From Thermoplasmatota archaeon (GTDB lineage: Archaea; Thermoplasmatota; Thermoplasmata; UBA10834), in NCBI GenBank assembly GCA_040751795.1, contig JBFMHR010000005.1, positions 32,001 to 96,000 of the forward strand: a stretch of DNA of 64,000 nucleotides, given 5' to 3'. Position numbers and translations under genes: made by a program. The notes beneath the pieces were generated by a model that worked only from the letters and a program-made list of their open reading frames with translations, had not been told where the DNA came from and did no database searches. Positions within the stretch are counted from its first letter, which is position 1. Every line of letters begins with the position of its first letter. Shown here in pieces: positions 47,261-56,336 of the stretch.

Positions 47261-48209
47261 ACCTTCCCCCGCTCACCAGCGTGGACGCGCCCTTCCTGCC
47301 GCCGACCTTGCCGATTATCCTGGCGGGGACGCCCCTGGCCTGGAGGGCGGAGACGTACTTCTCCGCGTCGTGCTGCTTGAACGTGGCCAGCAGGGCCCCG
47401 GAGCCGAGGAGGCCCAGCGGGTCGATGCCGTAGTGGCCGCATATCGCGCGCGTCTCAGGCCCGACGATGACCTCGTCGGCCCAGAGCTCGATGGACTTCC
47501 CTGACGCCTCGGCCAGCTCGCGGACGCCCATGGCGACGCCGCCCTCCGTGGGGTCGTGCATCGAGTGGACGCCGAACTCCAGCGCCGCCCTCGCCTCGGG
47601 CAGCACCGAGAGGCCAGGCCTCAGCAGGTACCTCGCGGCGCGGTCGACCGTGCGCTTCCCGAGCGCCCTGACCAGCTCGCCCCGTTTCTCCCTGGCGATG
47701 AGCGCGGTCCCCTCTATGCCCGCTCCCTTCGTCAGGACGACCGCGTCCCTCGCCTCCGCCGCGCAGGTCATGACCGGGCTGCCGCCGACGAGGACGCCGT
47801 GCATGTCGCCGACCACGATGGGCCTGTCTATCCCGGGGGTGACCTCGGTGTGGCCGCCCGTGACGGCGATGCCGAGCGACTTGGCCGCCTTGGAGATCTG
47901 CCTGAATATGTCCTCGACGAGCGCCTCGCCCGAGCCCTCGGGGAGGAGCACCGTCGCCTGGAACCAGGCGGGCTCAGCGCCCCTCGTCGCCACGTCGTTG
48001 GCGTTGACGTGGACCGCGTACCAGCCGATCATGTCGGCCGCGTACGTGACCGGGTCGGTCTTGAGGACGATGGTGTAGGGCCCGAGCTTGACCAGGGCCG
48101 CGTCCTCGCCCAGTTTCGGCCCCAGCAGCACCCTCCTATCGGGGGCGCCGCCGTGCCTGAGCATCCTCCTCAGGAGCTCCGGGGGCAGCTTCCCCGTCCT
48201 CAGCGCCAT
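47211..48209 (-). CDS. AIR synthase-related (PurM/HypE-like) protein
   Basis: From MALRTGKLPPELL; GEDAA; TDP; NANDVATRG; GGHTEVT; MHDPTEGG. Confidence 0.88.
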   Translation of the reverse strand: MALRTGKLPPELLRRMLRHGGAPDRRVLLGPKLGEDAALVKLGPYTIVLKTDPVTYAADMIGWYAVHVNANDVATRGAEPAWFQATVLLPEGSGEALVEDIFRQISKAAKSLGIAVTGGHTEVTPGIDRPIVVGDMHGVLVGGSPVMTCAAEARDAVVLTKGAGIEGTALIAREKRGELVRALGKRTVDRAARYLLRPGLSVLPEARAALEFGVHSMHDPTEGGVAMGVRELAEASGKSIELWADEVIVGPETRAICGHYGIDPLGLLGSGALLATFKQHDAEKYVSALQARGVPARIIGKVGGRKGASTLVSGGRSTPLSSSERDEVLKVL

Positions 48210-48332
48210 CGGCGGTTCGAAGGCCTTCGACGGATAATAGCCTATGCGTCCCGGGTGGCACGCTCCCGCCGCGATGACCAAAGCCGGACAACAATGCTTT
48301 ATATTGCGGCTCCTCCTGACCCCTTCCGGGCG

Positions 48333-49490
48333 ATGCACATGATCGCAGACCGCATCAAGAACGTGAAAGAGTCGGGCACGATGAAGATGAAGGAGCTGGC
48401 CGGCCAGAAGAAGGCCGAGGGCAAGAAGATCATCTCCTTCACCGTCGGGGAGCCGGACTTCGACACGCCGAAGCACATAGTGGAGGCCGCGAAGAAGGCG
48501 CTGGACGAGGGCAAGACCAGGTACCTGGACGGGCCCGGGCTGCCGGCGCTCAGGGAGGCCATAGCCAAGAGGTCCAAGGCGGACAACGGCGTCCCGTGCG
48601 AGGCGTCCAACGTCATGGTCACGCCCACCAAGCAGGCCATATTCATGACCATCATGGCGACCGTGAACCCGGGCGAGGAGGTCATCATGCCCGACCCCGC
48701 GTGGGTCACCTACGAGCCCTGCGTCGCCCTCGCCGGGGGGAGGGCGGTCCCGGCCATCACGAAGGAGGAGTCCCAGTTCAGGGTCCTCCCGGAGACGGTC
48801 GCGGAGCTCATCACCCCCAAGACGAAGATGATACTCCTCAACTCGCCCTCGAACCCGTGCGGGTCCGTGGCGACGAAGGGGGACGTCAAGGGCATCGCCG
48901 ACCTCGCCAAGGACCACGGCCTGGTCGTGCTCTCGGACGAGGTCTACGAGAAGATCATATTCGACGGCCTGAAGCACTACTCCATCGCCGCCGAGCCGGG
49001 GATGTTCGACAGGACCGTGACGATAAGCGGGTTCTCGAAGACCTACGCCATGACCGGCTGGAGGATGGGGTGGCTGGTCGCGCCGAAGCCCCTGTTCAAG
49101 GCCATCAGCAAGATCCAGCAGCACTCGATAACCCACGCCACGACCTTCGCCCAGTACGGCGGCCTCGCGGCGCTGACGGAGCCGCAGGACTGCGTCGAGG
49201 AGATGGTCAAGGAGTTCAACGAGCGCAGGGACCTCATCATGAGGCTGATGAAGGAGATACCCCAGTTCCACTGCGACACCCCGAAGGGCGCGTTCTACGT
49301 CTTCCCCAGGTACGAGGGCAGGATGGGCTCCGAGGAGATGGCCCTCCACCTGATGGACAAGGCGGAGGTCGCGCTCACGGGAGGCTCGTCGTTCGGCGGC
49401 GCGGGCGAGAAGCACCTGCGCATTTCCTACGCGACGGGCAAGAAGAACATCGAGGAGGGCATGGCCAGGCTGAAGAAGGCGATGGCCTAG
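48333..49490 (+). CDS. Class I/II PLP aminotransferase (aspartate aminotransferase-like)
   Basis: GEPDFDTP; NSPSNPCG; SDEVYE; GFSKTYAMTGWRMG; GAFY; LRISYA. Confidence 0.93.
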   Translation: MHMIADRIKNVKESGTMKMKELAGQKKAEGKKIISFTVGEPDFDTPKHIVEAAKKALDEGKTRYLDGPGLPALREAIAKRSKADNGVPCEASNVMVTPTKQAIFMTIMATVNPGEEVIMPDPAWVTYEPCVALAGGRAVPAITKEESQFRVLPETVAELITPKTKMILLNSPSNPCGSVATKGDVKGIADLAKDHGLVVLSDEVYEKIIFDGLKHYSIAAEPGMFDRTVTISGFSKTYAMTGWRMGWLVAPKPLFKAISKIQQHSITHATTFAQYGGLAALTEPQDCVEEMVKEFNERRDLIMRLMKEIPQFHCDTPKGAFYVFPRYEGRMGSEEMALHLMDKAEVALTGGSSFGGAGEKHLRISYATGKKNIEEGMARLKKAMA

Positions 49491-50059
49491 GCCGCCTTCC
49501 TCCTCAAACCGCTCAACCTCTTCTTCTTCACTACCTTCTTCCTGACGACCTTCGGCTCCTCGGAGAGCATCTTCGTCGCGGGGAACTTGTCCAGCTCGAG
49601 GCGCTTCATCATCATGTGCGGCTTGAAGCCGAGCTGCCCCCACGCCGCCCTCGCCTCGAGGTTGGCCGCCGCCACGTTGAGCTGGACGGTCGCCACCCTG
49701 TTCTTCTTGAACCACCTGAGGGCGACCTTCAGCATCTCCCTGGCGACGCCCCTCTTGCGGAGCTCGGGGGCGACGTAGACGTCCGAGACGACGCCCAGGG
49801 TCCTCTCCTTGAACACGGGGGCGTTGGGGCTCAGGAGGCAGAGCATGAAGCCGACGAGCCGGCCGTCCTGGGTGGCGACCAACAGCTTGGTGCTCCTCTC
49901 CGAGTACTTGCTGGCCAGGTACTTCGAGAACCTGCGCACGCCGTCCCTGGAGAGGGTGAAGTGGTGGGAGAGCCTGGTGTGGTGCTCGATCATCTGCTCC
50001 CAGAGCCCGACGACGCCGGGGAGGTCCTCCGGGCGCGCCTCGCGCACCTCTATCCTCAC
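49487..50059 (-). CDS. GNAT N-acetyltransferase
   Basis: VYVAPELRKRGVA; N..A...W..LGF; Lys/Arg-rich tail. Confidence 0.88.
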   Translation of the reverse strand: MRIEVREARPEDLPGVVGLWEQMIEHHTRLSHHFTLSRDGVRRFSKYLASKYSERSTKLLVATQDGRLVGFMLCLLSPNAPVFKERTLGVVSDVYVAPELRKRGVAREMLKVALRWFKKNRVATVQLNVAAANLEARAAWGQLGFKPHMMMKRLELDKFPATKMLSEEPKVVRKKVVKKKRLSGLRRKAA

Positions 50060-50116
50060 GGTGTCGATCCAATCACCCTGCCCACATGGACGGGGGAATG
50101 ATTGCCCGGACAGGCC

Positions 50117-51694
50117 TTAAAGCCTGACGTAGGTCGCGGACCTCAGGTCGGGTATGGCCCGGACCTTCTCCATGACCTCGGGGGGTATCCGGTCGTCGAT
50201 CTCGAGTATCATCACCGCGGGGCCGCGGGTCTGCCTCCTCGCGACCTCCATGCTGGCGATGTTGACGTCGTTGTCGCCGAGAACGGTGCCGACCTTCCCT
50301 ATCATGCCGGGCTTGTCCATGTGCGATATGAGCAGGAGGTCGCCCTCAGGGACGATGTCGACCATGTTGCCGTCTATCTCCACCAGCCTCGCGCCCTTGT
50401 CGGGCATGAGCGAGCCGGCGACGGAAGCGGCTATGCCGTCCGTGTGCATCGTCACCCTGATGAGGTTCTTGTACGGTCCGGCGTCCTCGGAGGTGGACGA
50501 CACTATCTCTATCCCCCTGGCCTTCGCGAAGGCGAGGGCGTTGATGTAGTTCACGGTCGTCTCGTCGGATATGGGCTTCAGGAGGCCCGTGACGACCGAC
50601 GCCGATATGATCCGCACGTCCTTCTGGGCCAGCTCGCCCCTGCACGACACCTCGACCCTTCCGGTCCCGGGCTTGCCCACCTGGCATATGAAGGTTCCGA
50701 GCTTCTCCGCGAGGGGCATGTACGGGATGATCTCCGGGTCGAGCTTGGCCGGGAGGTTCAGGGCGTTCCTGATGATGTTGTCCTTGATGTAGGCGATGAC
50801 CTGCTCCGCGATCTCCGAGCCGACGTCCTCCTGCGCCTCCTTCGTCGTGGCGCCCAGGTGGGGCGTGAGGACGACGCTGTCGAGGGTCAGCAGCCTCGAA
50901 CCCTTCGGCGGCTCCTCCGTGAACACGTCCAGGGCGGCGCCGGCGAGCCTCCCCTCGGCCAGCGCGTCGTAGAGGGCGTCCTCGTTGACGACCCCTCCCC
51001 TGGCGCAGTTGACTATCATGGCGCTCTTCTTCATCCTCGCCAGTTCGGGCCTGCCGAGCATGTCCTTCGTCTGCGGCGTCAGGGGCGTGTGCACCGTGAC
51101 GAAGTCCGCCTCCTCCAGGAGCCTGTCGAGCGTGACGAGCCTGACGTGGAGCCTCACGCCCACCTCCGGCGACACGAGCGGGTCGAAGGCTATGACCTTC
51201 ATGCCGAGGGCGGCCGCGCGCTTCGAGACCTCCGCGCCGACCCTGCCCAGGCCGACTATGCCCAGGGTCTTCCCGGCTATCTGGAGCCCCTTGAGCTCCT
51301 TCCTCTTCCACTCGCCCCTCTTGGTGGAGGCGTCCGCCTGCGGGATCCTCCGGGCGAGGGCGAACAGCAGCCCTATGGTTAGCTCCGCCGTGGAGACGAC
51401 GTTGCCGGACGGGGCGTTCATGACGAGTATGCCCCTCTCGGTGGCCGCGGCCAGGTCGATGTTGTCCACCCCTATCCCGGCCCTGCCTATGACCTTCAGC
51501 CTCGAGGCCTGTATGACCTTCCTCGTGGCCTTGGTGGCGCTCCTCACTATCAGGACGTCGTAGTCGCCGATGGCCTTGACCAGCTCGTCCTCCTTGAGCC
51601 CGAGCTTCACGTCGACCTTGTAGCCCTGGGCCTTCAGCATCTCGACGCCGCCCTTCGATATCTCGTCCGCGACGAGGACCTTCATCCGTCTCAC
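50117..51694 (-). CDS. serA: D-3-phosphoglycerate dehydrogenase (with ASB and ACT domains)
   Basis: RAGIGVDNID; GLGRVG; NCARGG; TPHLGATT.EAQ; DKPGMIG ACT domain. Confidence 0.95.
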   Translation of the reverse strand: MRRMKVLVADEISKGGVEMLKAQGYKVDVKLGLKEDELVKAIGDYDVLIVRSATKATRKVIQASRLKVIGRAGIGVDNIDLAAATERGILVMNAPSGNVVSTAELTIGLLFALARRIPQADASTKRGEWKRKELKGLQIAGKTLGIVGLGRVGAEVSKRAAALGMKVIAFDPLVSPEVGVRLHVRLVTLDRLLEEADFVTVHTPLTPQTKDMLGRPELARMKKSAMIVNCARGGVVNEDALYDALAEGRLAGAALDVFTEEPPKGSRLLTLDSVVLTPHLGATTKEAQEDVGSEIAEQVIAYIKDNIIRNALNLPAKLDPEIIPYMPLAEKLGTFICQVGKPGTGRVEVSCRGELAQKDVRIISASVVTGLLKPISDETTVNYINALAFAKARGIEIVSSTSEDAGPYKNLIRVTMHTDGIAASVAGSLMPDKGARLVEIDGNMVDIVPEGDLLLISHMDKPGMIGKVGTVLGDNDVNIASMEVARRQTRGPAVMILEIDDRIPPEVMEKVRAIPDLRSATYVRL

Positions 51695-51854
51695 CAGCCC
51701 GCGCAGGCCGCGCGGCCCATCTGGAACAGGGGCACCCCGATATCAATCTGTTGCACGGGGCCAGGCAGGGAACGTTGCTTTGTGTACCTCGCCGGGGCCC
51801 GCGCCGGGGAGGCAATACCCCTATATACCTTCCCCGCGCCTCCATTGGGAGACG

Positions 51855-52313
51855 ATGGTCGCGATCAAGCGGACGGCCACGATCGCCTCCCCCCAGGAGG
51901 ACGCCTTCGAGTACGTGGCGGACTGGAGGAACTTCCCGAACTACGTGCCCATGTTCACCGACATGAGCGTGTCGAGCCTGGTCCAGTACGGGCCGGGGAC
52001 ATCCGTCGACCTGACCATGCTCTTCGGGGACAAGGTGGAGATGAGGGTCGCCCTGGACATAGTCGACTTCCTGAAGAACCAGAGGGTGGTGTTCAAGTCC
52101 AGCAGGGGGCTCAGGACGAGGATCGCCTGGACCTTCAAGGAGTCGGGCGACAAGACCCTGGTGACCCTGGACTTCGACTTCGAGATGCCCCCGACCATGA
52201 ACCTCCGCGAGGCCGAGAAGCTGGCGCTCGCGCAGACGATGGAGGAGGCCTGGGGCAAGAGCCTCGACATGCTCAAGTGGATACTCGAGTCGATGCCGAA
52301 GCGGGCGGAGTGA
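51855..52313 (+). CDS. SRPBCC/polyketide-cyclase fold protein
   Basis: AFEYVADWRNFPNY; W.F....T.VT; C-terminal helix. Confidence 0.75.
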   Translation: MVAIKRTATIASPQEDAFEYVADWRNFPNYVPMFTDMSVSSLVQYGPGTSVDLTMLFGDKVEMRVALDIVDFLKNQRVVFKSSRGLRTRIAWTFKESGDKTLVTLDFDFEMPPTMNLREAEKLALAQTMEEAWGKSLDMLKWILESMPKRAE

Positions 52314-52493
52314 TCACTTCTCGGGCGGGAGCATGTTCGGTATGCCGTCCTCTATGGGGTAGTCGACGGCGCACTTCGGGCACCTTATCGTCCCGGACAG
52401 GACCTCCCTGTCGTCCTCCTTCGCGACTTTGAGCTCGAGGGGGTGGTGCTTGCACACCGGGCACGCCAGTATGTCCATGAGCTTCTTCTTCAT
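52314..52493 (-). CDS. trm112: Trm112 methyltransferase activator
   Basis: Translated by hand: MKKKLMDILACPVCKHHPLEL...CPKCAVDYPIEDGIPNMLPPEK (59 aa). Confidence 0.92.
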   Translation of the reverse strand: MKKKLMDILACPVCKHHPLELKVAKEDDREVLSGTIRCPKCAVDYPIEDGIPNMLPPEK

Positions 52494-52618
52494 GCCAAAC
52501 GACCTAGGCAGGTATCGCCAGGGGGTGATAAGGCTTTGACGGATGTCCCCCGGTTCGCCGGCGCCTGATGGCCACGTTGCAGCGGAGGTGGGTCCGTCAA
52601 CGGGTGGATGGGCAGGCC

Positions 52619-52903
52619 TCAGGACAGCCGTATCACAGGGTCCCTGAACACGAACTCGACGGCGATGAACGAGATGTCGGTGATCCCCGCCTTTCTCAGG
52701 TTCGCGAAGACCTCGTCGGACGTGTCCCCCTCGGCCAGGACCTTCCCCCTGTCGATCGCCACGTACTTGTCCGCGTGCCTGAGGCGCAGCGTGTCCATGT
52801 TCTCCAGGGCATAGAGCTTGTTCTTCGCCGACCGCACCATCCTGCGCATGTCGTCCTTTGAGATCGCGGCCGAAGCTGCCTCGCCGGCGGTCATTCCTGC
52901 CAT
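52619..52903 (-). CDS. DUF5678-like small protein
   Basis: L...HADKYVAIDRGKVLAEGD...V pattern; GGAGG SD before ATG 52903. Confidence 0.6.
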   Translation of the reverse strand: MAGMTAGEAASAAISKDDMRRMVRSAKNKLYALENMDTLRLRHADKYVAIDRGKVLAEGDTSDEVFANLRKAGITDISFIAVEFVFRDPVIRLS

Positions 52904-53031
52904 CCTGGCCCCTCCATTCGGCCCGGGACTACTTGATCCCGCGTCACAGGTGTAGCAGTAGGAGGTGTAGCGGGTAGGGGGGCCCATCACCCCCCGAAGG
53001 GTTATTTAGCAGCAAGGGGGATTCCGCACCC

Positions 53032-54009
53032 ATGCGCGTGGGCGTGATAGGCGTGGGGTCGATGGGCCAGAACCACGCGAGGATATTGTCCGACATGGGC
53101 ATCCTCGCCGGCGTCTCCGACATCTCCGCGGAGGCGGCGAAGAAGGTCGCGGGCAGGTACCATGTGGGCTCGTGGACCGACCACCGGGACCTCCTCAAGC
53201 AGGACCTCGACGCCGTCGTCATAGTCACGCCGACGACCACTCACAAGAAGGTCGCCGCCGACGCCCTGAACTCCGGGAGGCACGTGCTCCTCGAGAAGCC
53301 CATGACGGGCAGCTCGGCCGACCTATCGGAGCTGGTCTCGCTCGCATCCAAGAAACGCCTCGTCCTCGCCGGCGGCTTCGTCGAGAGGCACAACCCGGTC
53401 GTCGCGTTCGCCAAGAACGGCCTGATGAGCGGGGAGTACGGCGACCTCATAACCGCGGCCAGCAGGCGCGTCTCCTCCCTCCCTTCCAGGATCAAGGACG
53501 TCGGCGTCGTCATGGACCTCGGCATCCACGACATCGACGTGATACAGCACGTCGTCGGCCACGACGCCAAGTCCGTGTACGCGCTCGGCGGACGCGGCAA
53601 GGGCATGGCCTTCGAGGACCACGCCAACATCCTCATCGACTTCGAGAAGGGCGCCACGGGCTTCATCGAGGTGAACTGGCTCACGCCCATGAAGGTCCGG
53701 AAGATCGCCCTCACCTGCAGCAAGAACTTCGTGGAGCTGGACTACATGGAGCAGAGGGCCCAGGTCTGCTCGTCCACGTTCAAGCCCTTCGAGGCGGGGA
53801 ACCTCTTCAACGTCCCGCTCGAGTTCGACCTCAGGCGCATCGCGCTGAGGAAGGAGGAGCCCCTCAGGAGGGAGCTCCTCGACTTCGTCGCCGCGGTCGA
53901 GAAGGGCTCGAAGCCCCTGGTCCCGGGGGAGAGCGCCGTGAAGACGCTCAAGATCGCCGAGGCGGCGCTGAGGTCCGTGAAGTCCGGCGGCAAGGAGCCG
54001 GTCAAGTGA
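53032..54009 (+). CDS. Gfo/Idh/MocA oxidoreductase (nucleotide-sugar 3-dehydrogenase-like)
   Basis: GVGSMGQNH; EKP; ERHNP; DLGIHDID; WLTP.KVR; EPL..EL. Confidence 0.9.
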   Translation: MRVGVIGVGSMGQNHARILSDMGILAGVSDISAEAAKKVAGRYHVGSWTDHRDLLKQDLDAVVIVTPTTTHKKVAADALNSGRHVLLEKPMTGSSADLSELVSLASKKRLVLAGGFVERHNPVVAFAKNGLMSGEYGDLITAASRRVSSLPSRIKDVGVVMDLGIHDIDVIQHVVGHDAKSVYALGGRGKGMAFEDHANILIDFEKGATGFIEVNWLTPMKVRKIALTCSKNFVELDYMEQRAQVCSSTFKPFEAGNLFNVPLEFDLRRIALRKEEPLRRELLDFVAAVEKGSKPLVPGESAVKTLKIAEAALRSVKSGGKEPVK

Positions 54010-54028
54010 GCCTCGAGGAGGTGTCGCC

Positions 54029-54922
54029 TTGAAGGTGCTTGTCACGGGCTCTTCCGGGCAGCTGGGTTCGTACGTATGCGAGGCGATGGCCGGCGCGCAC
54101 GAGGTCTCGGGCATGGACATCGTCCCCTCCGGGCACCCGTCCACGCGCGAGCTGACGGTCCGTGGGGACATAAGGTCGCCCGCGGACGCCGACAGGGCCG
54201 TGAAGGGGGCCGAGGCCGTGGTGCACTGCGCCGCCCAGGTCAGCGTCGAGCGGTCCACGGAGGACCCCCTGTCGGACGCGGAGACCAACGTGCTCGGCAC
54301 GGTCAACATGCTCAGGGCCGCGTCACGCTCTGGCGTCCGCAGGTTCGTGTACGTCAGCAGCGCGGCGGTGTACGGCGACCCGGTCAGGGTCCCGATCGCG
54401 GAGGACCACCCGACGGAGCCCCTGAGCAACTACGGGGCCAGCAAGCTCTCGGGGGAGAGGTTCGCCCTCTCCTTCGGGCGCACCGCGGGGATGGAGGTCG
54501 CCGTCGTGAGGCCCTTCAACTTCTACTCGCCCAGGGCGGACCCGAAGAGCCCCTACTCGGGCGTGATCACCAAGTTCGTCGCGAGGGTCAGGGACGGGAG
54601 GCCGCCCGTCATAGAGGGGGACGGCCTCCAGACCAGGGACTTCATACACGCGAGGGACGTGGCCGCGATGGTCGTCCTCCTGCTCGGAGCGGACGGGGTC
54701 CGGGGGAAGGTCTACAACTGCGGCTCCGGCGTCCCGACGAGCATACTGGACCTGGCGAGGGCGACGGTGTCCGCCTCCGGGCGGAGGTTGGAGCCGGAGT
54801 TCACCGCGCCGAGGAAGGGCGACATAAGGCACAGCCTCGCCGACATGGCGAGGGCGAGGGAGGAGCTCGGCTTCTCCGCGAAGGTGTCGCTCGCTGACGG
54901 CCTTGCGGAACTCGTCAGATGA
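54029..54922 (+). CDS. NAD-dependent epimerase/dehydratase (GalE-like)
   Basis: TGSSGQLG; SSAAVYG; YGASK; GDGLQTRDF. Confidence 0.92.
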   Translation: MKVLVTGSSGQLGSYVCEAMAGAHEVSGMDIVPSGHPSTRELTVRGDIRSPADADRAVKGAEAVVHCAAQVSVERSTEDPLSDAETNVLGTVNMLRAASRSGVRRFVYVSSAAVYGDPVRVPIAEDHPTEPLSNYGASKLSGERFALSFGRTAGMEVAVVRPFNFYSPRADPKSPYSGVITKFVARVRDGRPPVIEGDGLQTRDFIHARDVAAMVVLLLGADGVRGKVYNCGSGVPTSILDLARATVSASGRRLEPEFTAPRKGDIRHSLADMARAREELGFSAKVSLADGLAELVR

Positions 54923-56216
54923 GCCGCTTGCCCACGCCGGCGTACTGGACTCCCGCCTTGCGCATCTTGTCGGCGGAGAAGAGGTCCCGCCCGTCTACGA
55001 CCATGGGCGTGCGCATCAGCGCCTTGAGCTTGTTCGCCGACAGGCGCGAGTACTGCCTGTGGGCGACCATGAATATGGCCATGTCCGCGTCCTCGAGCGC
55101 GGCCGCGGCGTCCCTGGTGACGTCGACCCCGTCCAGCTGCGTCACGTAGGGGTCGTGGACCGTGAGCCTCGCGCTCCTCGCGAAGGCGTGTATCACCGGC
55201 AGCGAGGGGGAGTTGCGTATGTCGCCGCTCTCCTCGAGGAAGGACGCGCCCATCACCGCGACGTTGGCCTTCCTGCGCTCTATGCCCGCCCTCTCCAGCA
55301 TCGCGCAGGCGAGCTCCACCATGTGCAGGGGCATCGAGTCGTTGACGGCCCTGGCGGTCGGGATGAGCCTGGGCTTGGCCCCCTTCCCGCCGTGGACGAG
55401 CAGCCACGGGTCCTTCGGGAGGCAGTGCCCGCCCACGCCCGCCCCGGGTATGTGCATGTCCCTGAAGGGGCAGGTGTTCACGAGCCTCCTGACCTCGAAG
55501 GCGTCCGCCCCCAGCTCCTCGCTGATGAGCGCCACCTCGTTGGCGAAGGCGATCTGCACGTCCCTGTAGGCGTTCTCGGCGGTCTTGACTATCTCCGCCG
55601 TGGTGAGGTCTGTCGGGTGCAGCCGCCCCTTCATGAACCTGGAGTAGATGGCCTTGGCGCGGGAGGCGCTCTGCCGGTCGTAGCCGCCCAGGACCCGGTC
55701 GTATGTCCTGAGGTTCTGCAGGAGCCTCCCCGGCATAACCCTCTCGGGGCAGAAGGCGACCTTGAAGTCCTTGCCCGCGGACATCCTGGAGGCGCGCTCC
55801 AGGGCGGGCACGAAGGCGCTCAGCATCGTCCCCGGGGCCACGGTCGACTCCACGACCACCAGGGCGCCCTTGCGCATGTGCTCGCCTATGCCGGCCGCCG
55901 CTGCGAGCAGCCGGGAGTTGTTGGGCCGGTGCTCCTCGTCTATGGGGGTGTCGACGCACACGAACACCGCGTCCCTGTCCGAGCACGCGGAGAAGTCGGT
56001 CGAGGCCCTCAGCCTCCCCTTCCCGACCACGTCCCTGAGCAGGTCCGCGAGGCCGGGCTCGTCGCCCTTGAGCGGCAGGACGCCCTCGTTGATCTTGAGG
56101 GCCCTCTCCGCCACCACGTCCACGCCGACGACGTCGCACCCGCTGTCCGCCAGGAGCACCGACAGCGGTATCCCGACGTAGCCTAGGCCGACGACCGCCA
56201 CCTTGGACGAGGGCAT
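54915..56216 (-). CDS. Nucleotide-sugar 6-dehydrogenase (UDP-ManNAc/GlcNAc dehydrogenase, WecC-like)
   Basis: GLGYVG; ESTVAPG; CPER; ENAYRDVQIAFANE; GGHCLPKDP. Confidence 0.92.
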   Translation of the reverse strand: MPSSKVAVVGLGYVGIPLSVLLADSGCDVVGVDVVAERALKINEGVLPLKGDEPGLADLLRDVVGKGRLRASTDFSACSDRDAVFVCVDTPIDEEHRPNNSRLLAAAAGIGEHMRKGALVVVESTVAPGTMLSAFVPALERASRMSAGKDFKVAFCPERVMPGRLLQNLRTYDRVLGGYDRQSASRAKAIYSRFMKGRLHPTDLTTAEIVKTAENAYRDVQIAFANEVALISEELGADAFEVRRLVNTCPFRDMHIPGAGVGGHCLPKDPWLLVHGGKGAKPRLIPTARAVNDSMPLHMVELACAMLERAGIERRKANVAVMGASFLEESGDIRNSPSLPVIHAFARSARLTVHDPYVTQLDGVDVTRDAAAALEDADMAIFMVAHRQYSRLSANKLKALMRTPMVVDGRDLFSADKMRKAGVQYAGVGKRLI

Positions 56217-56336
56217 AGCGTGCGCATACGGCGGCCGGTGTATAATCCTTTCCTCGGGGCGGGCGGCCAGCGCACGCCCTGGGAGCGGAGAAATGGAAAA
56301 TCGGGTTTGGAAAGGGTTTGACGCTGTGCGTCCCCC

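Noticed and set aside
47211-50072. 953-aa ORF suggesting a long fusion to the AIR-synthase-like protein
   Set aside because: Only the last 332 aa (from 48209) look real; the rest overlaps the aminotransferase and GNAT genes.
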